Shown here: piece by piece, positions 60,149 to 64,000 of the stretch
How positions within the stretch are numbered: the stretch's first letter is position 1
Layout: every line of letters starts with the position of its first letter
Source: an uncultured Bacteroidota bacterium
Lineage (GTDB): Bacteria; Bacteroidota; Ignavibacteria; UBA10030; UBA6906
Direction: 5' to 3'
DNA length: 64,000 nucleotides
NCBI GenBank assembly: GCA_963700635.1
Contig: CAVOYH010000003.1
Span: forward strand, 1,312,001 to 1,376,000
The notes under the pieces: model-generated
The model's database searches: none
Told to the model about the DNA's origin: nothing
Seen by the model: only the letters and a program-made list of their open reading frames with translations
Position numbers and translations under genes: made by a program

Positions 60149-63100
60149 ATGATTGAGAGAATAATAGACTTTTCCGCACGCAACAAGTTTCTGGTGATCC
60201 TTTTTTATCTGGGGGTGATTGGCTGGGGCATCTGGGCCGTGGCGCACACCCCGCTGGATGCCATCCCTGACCTTTCTGAAAATCAGGTTATCGTGTTTAC
60301 GGAGTGGATGGGCCGTTCGCCGAAGCTTGTGGAAGACCAGATCACCTTCCCGCTTGTGACCGCTCTCCAGGGTGTGCCGGAGGTATCGGCCATCCGGGCC
60401 CAGTCGATGTTCGGTATGTCCTTCATCTATATCATTTTTAACGAGAAGACAGATCTTTACTGGGCGCGCAGCCGCGTGCTCGAAAAACTGTCAACCGTGC
60501 AGTCCACCCTTCCTGACGGCGCAAAAGTACAGCTCGGTCCCGACGGGACAGGTGTCGGACATGTCTACTGGTACACTCTTGAGGGGAAGTATGACCTCGG
60601 AACATTACGTGCCACCCAGGACTGGTATGTGAAGCTCCACCTTCAGGGTGTGGAGGGTGTGGCGGAGGTGGCGTCCATCGGCGGTTACGTGCGCCAGTAC
60701 CAGGTGGACGTGGATCCGGGCAAGATGAGAGGATACGGAATTACGTTGAACGCAATCCGCAATGCGGTTATGCGGTCCAACAATGACGTCGGGGGTAAAA
60801 TCATCGAGCTCTCCGATGCAGAGTACTTCGTCCGGGGACAGGGATACATACAATCCATCAGCGACATCGAAAACATCGTCGTCGGGACAAGGCCGAACGG
60901 GATACCGATCTTTGTACGGAATATTGGAACGGTACAGATCGGAGGCGACATCCGCCGGGGGTCCCTCGAAAAGAACGGGCAGGGTCAGGTGGTTGGAGGT
61001 ATTGTTGTCATGCGGTACGGTGAGAATGCCAAAGCGGTCATTGACAGGGTGAAGGAGCGGATCAAGGAGATCACGCCCGGTTTGCCCGCAGGGATGGAAA
61101 TAAAGCCGGCCTACGACCGTAGCACCCTCATCATGGCATCGATCGACACTCTCAAGACGGCACTTATCGAGGAAGCCATCGTCGTCAGCATCATGGTCTT
61201 CCTCTTCCTGTTTCATGTGCGCAGTGTCCTCAGAGTCATCATCGAGATTCCCGTGGCCGTTCTGATCGCCTTTATCTGTATGAGGATCTTCGACATCTCC
61301 TCGAATATTATGTCGCTGGGCGGTATTGCCATTGCAATCGGCGTTATTGTAGATGCATCGATCGTGCTCGTGGAGAACGCGTATCGGAATGTGGCGAAAG
61401 CTCAGGAAGAAAAGGGTACGCTGACGAAGGAAGATTTTGTAGAAATCTCGATCCGTTCTGCGAAGCAGGTGGGACGGGCGATCTTTTTTGCGGTGGCGAT
61501 TATGGTCATCTCGTTCCTTCCCGTATTCCTGCTTGAAGGGCAGGAAGGAAAGCTCTTCCGTCCGCTTGCGTTTACAAAGACGTTTGTGCTGGGGGGGTCT
61601 GCGTTCATTGCCATCACCCTGGTGCCCGTACTGATGGTGATGCTCACCAGGGGGAAATTCCGCAGGGAAAATGAGAATCCGATCACCCGATTTTTGCACT
61701 GGCTATATGCGCCGGTGATCACATGGGTACTCAAATGGCGAAAGACCGCGATTGCACTCAATGTGATTGCGCTTCTGTTAACGGTTCCGATGATCATGCA
61801 GATCGGTTCCGAGTTCATGCCGCCTCTGGACGAAGGGAGTCTGTTGTTCATGCCGGTCACACTTCCGTCGGCATCGATAACTGAAGTCAACCGTGTCATG
61901 CAAGTTCAGGATGCAATCATCATGACTGTCCCGGAGGTACAGCAGGTACTGGGAAAGGTGGGGAAGGCCGAAACCTCCACGGACCCTGCCCCGATCAGCA
62001 TGATTGAATCCATCGTGCTGCTCAAGCCGAAAGATCAATGGAGAAAGGGGATGACGAAGGACGATATCATCTCCGAACTTGATGCGAAGCTCCAGATCCC
62101 CGGTGTGCGCAACGGGTGGACGCAGCCCATTATCAATCGTATCAACATGCTCTCAACAGGCGTGCGGACCGATCTGGGGGTCAAGATCTTCGGGAAGGAT
62201 CTTGATACCCTGGAAGCACTTGCCATTGAGGCTGAGCACATTTTACGAACCATCCGGGGAGCGGTCGATCTGTACGCTGAACGGACGCAGGGAGGCCTCT
62301 TTCTTGACATCACGATCGATCGAACCGCAGTAGCACGATACGGCATCACTGTGGGTGACGTGCAGGATATCATTGAAATCGCAATCGGGGGGCAGAATAT
62401 CGGGACCGTACTCGACGGGCGCCAGCGATTCCCGATCCGCGTGCGCTACGAAAGAGAATGGAGAGACAATGTCGAGCGACTCAAAGACCTGCTCATTCCG
62501 GTAAACACCATGCGCGCCCGGCGGTCGCCGGCTCCCATCCAGGCGGCCATCGGAACCGGCATGGAGAAGACGCCGGGCATGGGAGCGTCCGGGATGGAAG
62601 GCGGAACGGAAACGAAACAGGGGTATGTTCCACTTTCCCAGCTTGCGACGGTCGCGATTGCTCCGGGACCACCCATGATCTCCAGCGAGAATGCGCAACT
62701 TCGCTCCATCGTGTACCTCAATGTGCGGGGGCGCGACATGGGTGGGTTTGTTGAAGAAGCGAAGGAAGTTCTTACAAGGGAACTACAACTCCCTTCGGGC
62801 TATTCGGTGCAGTGGAGCGGTCAGTGGGAAAATCAGATCAGGGCAAAAGAGCGTCTGACGGTGGTCATGCCGTTTGTCTTCGTCATCATTTTTGTCATGC
62901 TGTATCTTACCACCAAAGATTTTGCCGAGGCCGGTGTTGTTATGCTTTCTGTGCCCTTTGCGCTGATCGGAGGGGTGTACCTGATCTACCTGCTGGGATA
63001 CAACTTCTCGGTCGCTGTCTGGGTCGGCTTTATTGCGCTGTACGGCGTTGCGGTGCAAACAGGGGTTGTCATGGTAGTGTACCTGCATGAAGCTCTTGAC

Positions 63101-63433
63101 AACAGAATCCGTGATCACCAGAGCGGAAAGCGGGGGCCGATAACGCCGAAGGACATCTTTGACGCCACCATCGAAGGGTCGGTACTCCGGTTACGCCCGA
63201 AAATTATGACCGTGGGAACATCGTTGATCGGACTCATTCCAATCATGTGGAGCACAGGCGTGGGGGCAGACGTCATGAAACCGCTGGCGGCGCCCTTGAT
63301 CGGAGGGCTCCTGACCTCGACAATTCACGTCCTTGTCGTTACACCGGTTCTTTTTACCTACATGAAGCTTCATGCGTTGAAGAAGGGCACACTTGCAGTC
63401 TCCAAAATGGCACACTGGATGAAGGAAGGGTGA
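60149..63433 (+). CDS. cusA: CusA-type heavy-metal efflux RND permease
   Basis: LDAIPDLSENQVI, GPDGTGVG, GSEFMPPLDEG, DPAPISMIE, RINMLSTG and RLRPKIMT. Confidence 0.95.
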   Translation: MIERIIDFSARNKFLVILFYLGVIGWGIWAVAHTPLDAIPDLSENQVIVFTEWMGRSPKLVEDQITFPLVTALQGVPEVSAIRAQSMFGMSFIYIIFNEKTDLYWARSRVLEKLSTVQSTLPDGAKVQLGPDGTGVGHVYWYTLEGKYDLGTLRATQDWYVKLHLQGVEGVAEVASIGGYVRQYQVDVDPGKMRGYGITLNAIRNAVMRSNNDVGGKIIELSDAEYFVRGQGYIQSISDIENIVVGTRPNGIPIFVRNIGTVQIGGDIRRGSLEKNGQGQVVGGIVVMRYGENAKAVIDRVKERIKEITPGLPAGMEIKPAYDRSTLIMASIDTLKTALIEEAIVVSIMVFLFLFHVRSVLRVIIEIPVAVLIAFICMRIFDISSNIMSLGGIAIAIGVIVDASIVLVENAYRNVAKAQEEKGTLTKEDFVEISIRSAKQVGRAIFFAVAIMVISFLPVFLLEGQEGKLFRPLAFTKTFVLGGSAFIAITLVPVLMVMLTRGKFRRENENPITRFLHWLYAPVITWVLKWRKTAIALNVIALLLTVPMIMQIGSEFMPPLDEGSLLFMPVTLPSASITEVNRVMQVQDAIIMTVPEVQQVLGKVGKAETSTDPAPISMIESIVLLKPKDQWRKGMTKDDIISELDAKLQIPGVRNGWTQPIINRINMLSTGVRTDLGVKIFGKDLDTLEALAIEAEHILRTIRGAVDLYAERTQGGLFLDITIDRTAVARYGITVGDVQDIIEIAIGGQNIGTVLDGRQRFPIRVRYEREWRDNVERLKDLLIPVNTMRARRSPAPIQAAIGTGMEKTPGMGASGMEGGTETKQGYVPLSQLATVAIAPGPPMISSENAQLRSIVYLNVRGRDMGGFVEEAKEVLTRELQLPSGYSVQWSGQWENQIRAKERLTVVMPFVFVIIFVMLYLTTKDFAEAGVVMLSVPFALIGGVYLIYLLGYNFSVAVWVGFIALYGVAVQTGVVMVVYLHEALDNRIRDHQSGKRGPITPKDIFDATIEGSVLRLRPKIMTVGTSLIGLIPIMWSTGVGADVMKPLAAPLIGGLLTSTIHVLVVTPVLFTYMKLHALKKGTLAVSKMAHWMKEG

Positions 63434-63512
63434 TAATAGCCGCCCTGCCTTGTTGACTCTTGGTCCGCTTCAGACTACCTTGCGAGCACAATAGAAAAGT
63501 CAGGAATACTCT

Positions 63513-64000
63513 ATGGTTGCAAAGAAAACAGCGGCGCGTCGGAGTAAGCGCCCCCGGGGCACGCAAAACGGCCAGGGAAAAAAGAGGGGGAAGCCGATGG
63601 TCCACACGCGTCGCAGCACCGGGAAGGTCACAAAAACGTTGAAGACCCGTGATGCTCTCGAGGCGCGACTCCGCCTGACGGCAGAAGAATTCACCAAGGC
63701 GTTCCATCTCAGTCCTGATGCCGTGAATATTAACAGGCTGGCTGACGGTGTCTATCTTGCGGTTAATGACGGGTTTACCACGATAACGGGTTATACCCCC
63801 GCCGAAGTAGTCGGACGCTCATCGCTCCCCGGTGGGTTGGGGATCTGGATCCACAGGGAAGATCGTGACAGGCTTGTTGCCGGTCTCAAAGAACAGGGGG
63901 AAGTGAACGGGTTTGAAGCGGAATTCCGGATTAAGAACGGAAATGTAAGAGCCGGACTCATCTCTGCGAAGGTTATCCATTTTGACGATGAACCATGCAT
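63513..64000 (+). CDS. PAS-domain sensor protein (3' partial; absent from the ORF track)
   Basis: Manual translation: MVAKKTAARR...FTKAFHLSPDAVNINRLADGVYLAVNDGFTTITGYTPAEVVGR...FEAEFRIKNG, open to the window end; AGGA RBS. Confidence 0.85.
   Translation, partial: MVAKKTAARRSKRPRGTQNGQGKKRGKPMVHTRRSTGKVTKTLKTRDALEARLRLTAEEFTKAFHLSPDAVNINRLADGVYLAVNDGFTTITGYTPAEVVGRSSLPGGLGIWIHREDRDRLVAGLKEQGEVNGFEAEFRIKNGNVRAGLISAKVIHFDDEPC

Noticed and set aside
1-64000. CRISPR arrays, tRNA/rRNA genes, IS elements
   Set aside because: No regularly spaced repeats, cloverleaf/rRNA signatures or transposase ORFs were seen by eye; short elements could have been missed.

Overview
GC-rich bacterial chromosomal region with no phage, IS, rRNA, tRNA or CRISPR recognised. 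T9SS-type C-terminal domains (QNYPNPFN) and Bacteroidota-style metal genes point to a Bacteroidota/Ignavibacteria-like organism (inference). In order, it holds: a sugar isomerase/dehydrogenase pair; a metal TonB receptor-HMA-Cys-rich operon; a MacAB-type exporter; a NarL-type two-component system; an ars operon (arsR-arsM-broken arsC-acr3); cysK; an Rsb partner-switching trio; prfC; secreted T9SS cargo; GH38 plus a sodium:solute symporter; an AmmeMemoRadiSam operon with export signals; an RND pump; and a copper locus (AraC-copA-cusCBA). The standout is a 1868-aa protein (18242-23848, minus strand). It joins a degenerate and an intact PLP fold-type-I aminotransferase domain to a complete but strongly diverged PEP-carboxylase-like domain, and its start overlaps the stop of an SPFH gene. 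Also notable are a candidate leader-peptide attenuator upstream of cysK, an arsC with an internal deletion, and three single-base frameshifts that may be sequencing errors. All calls come from motif reading by eye; no database searches were run.
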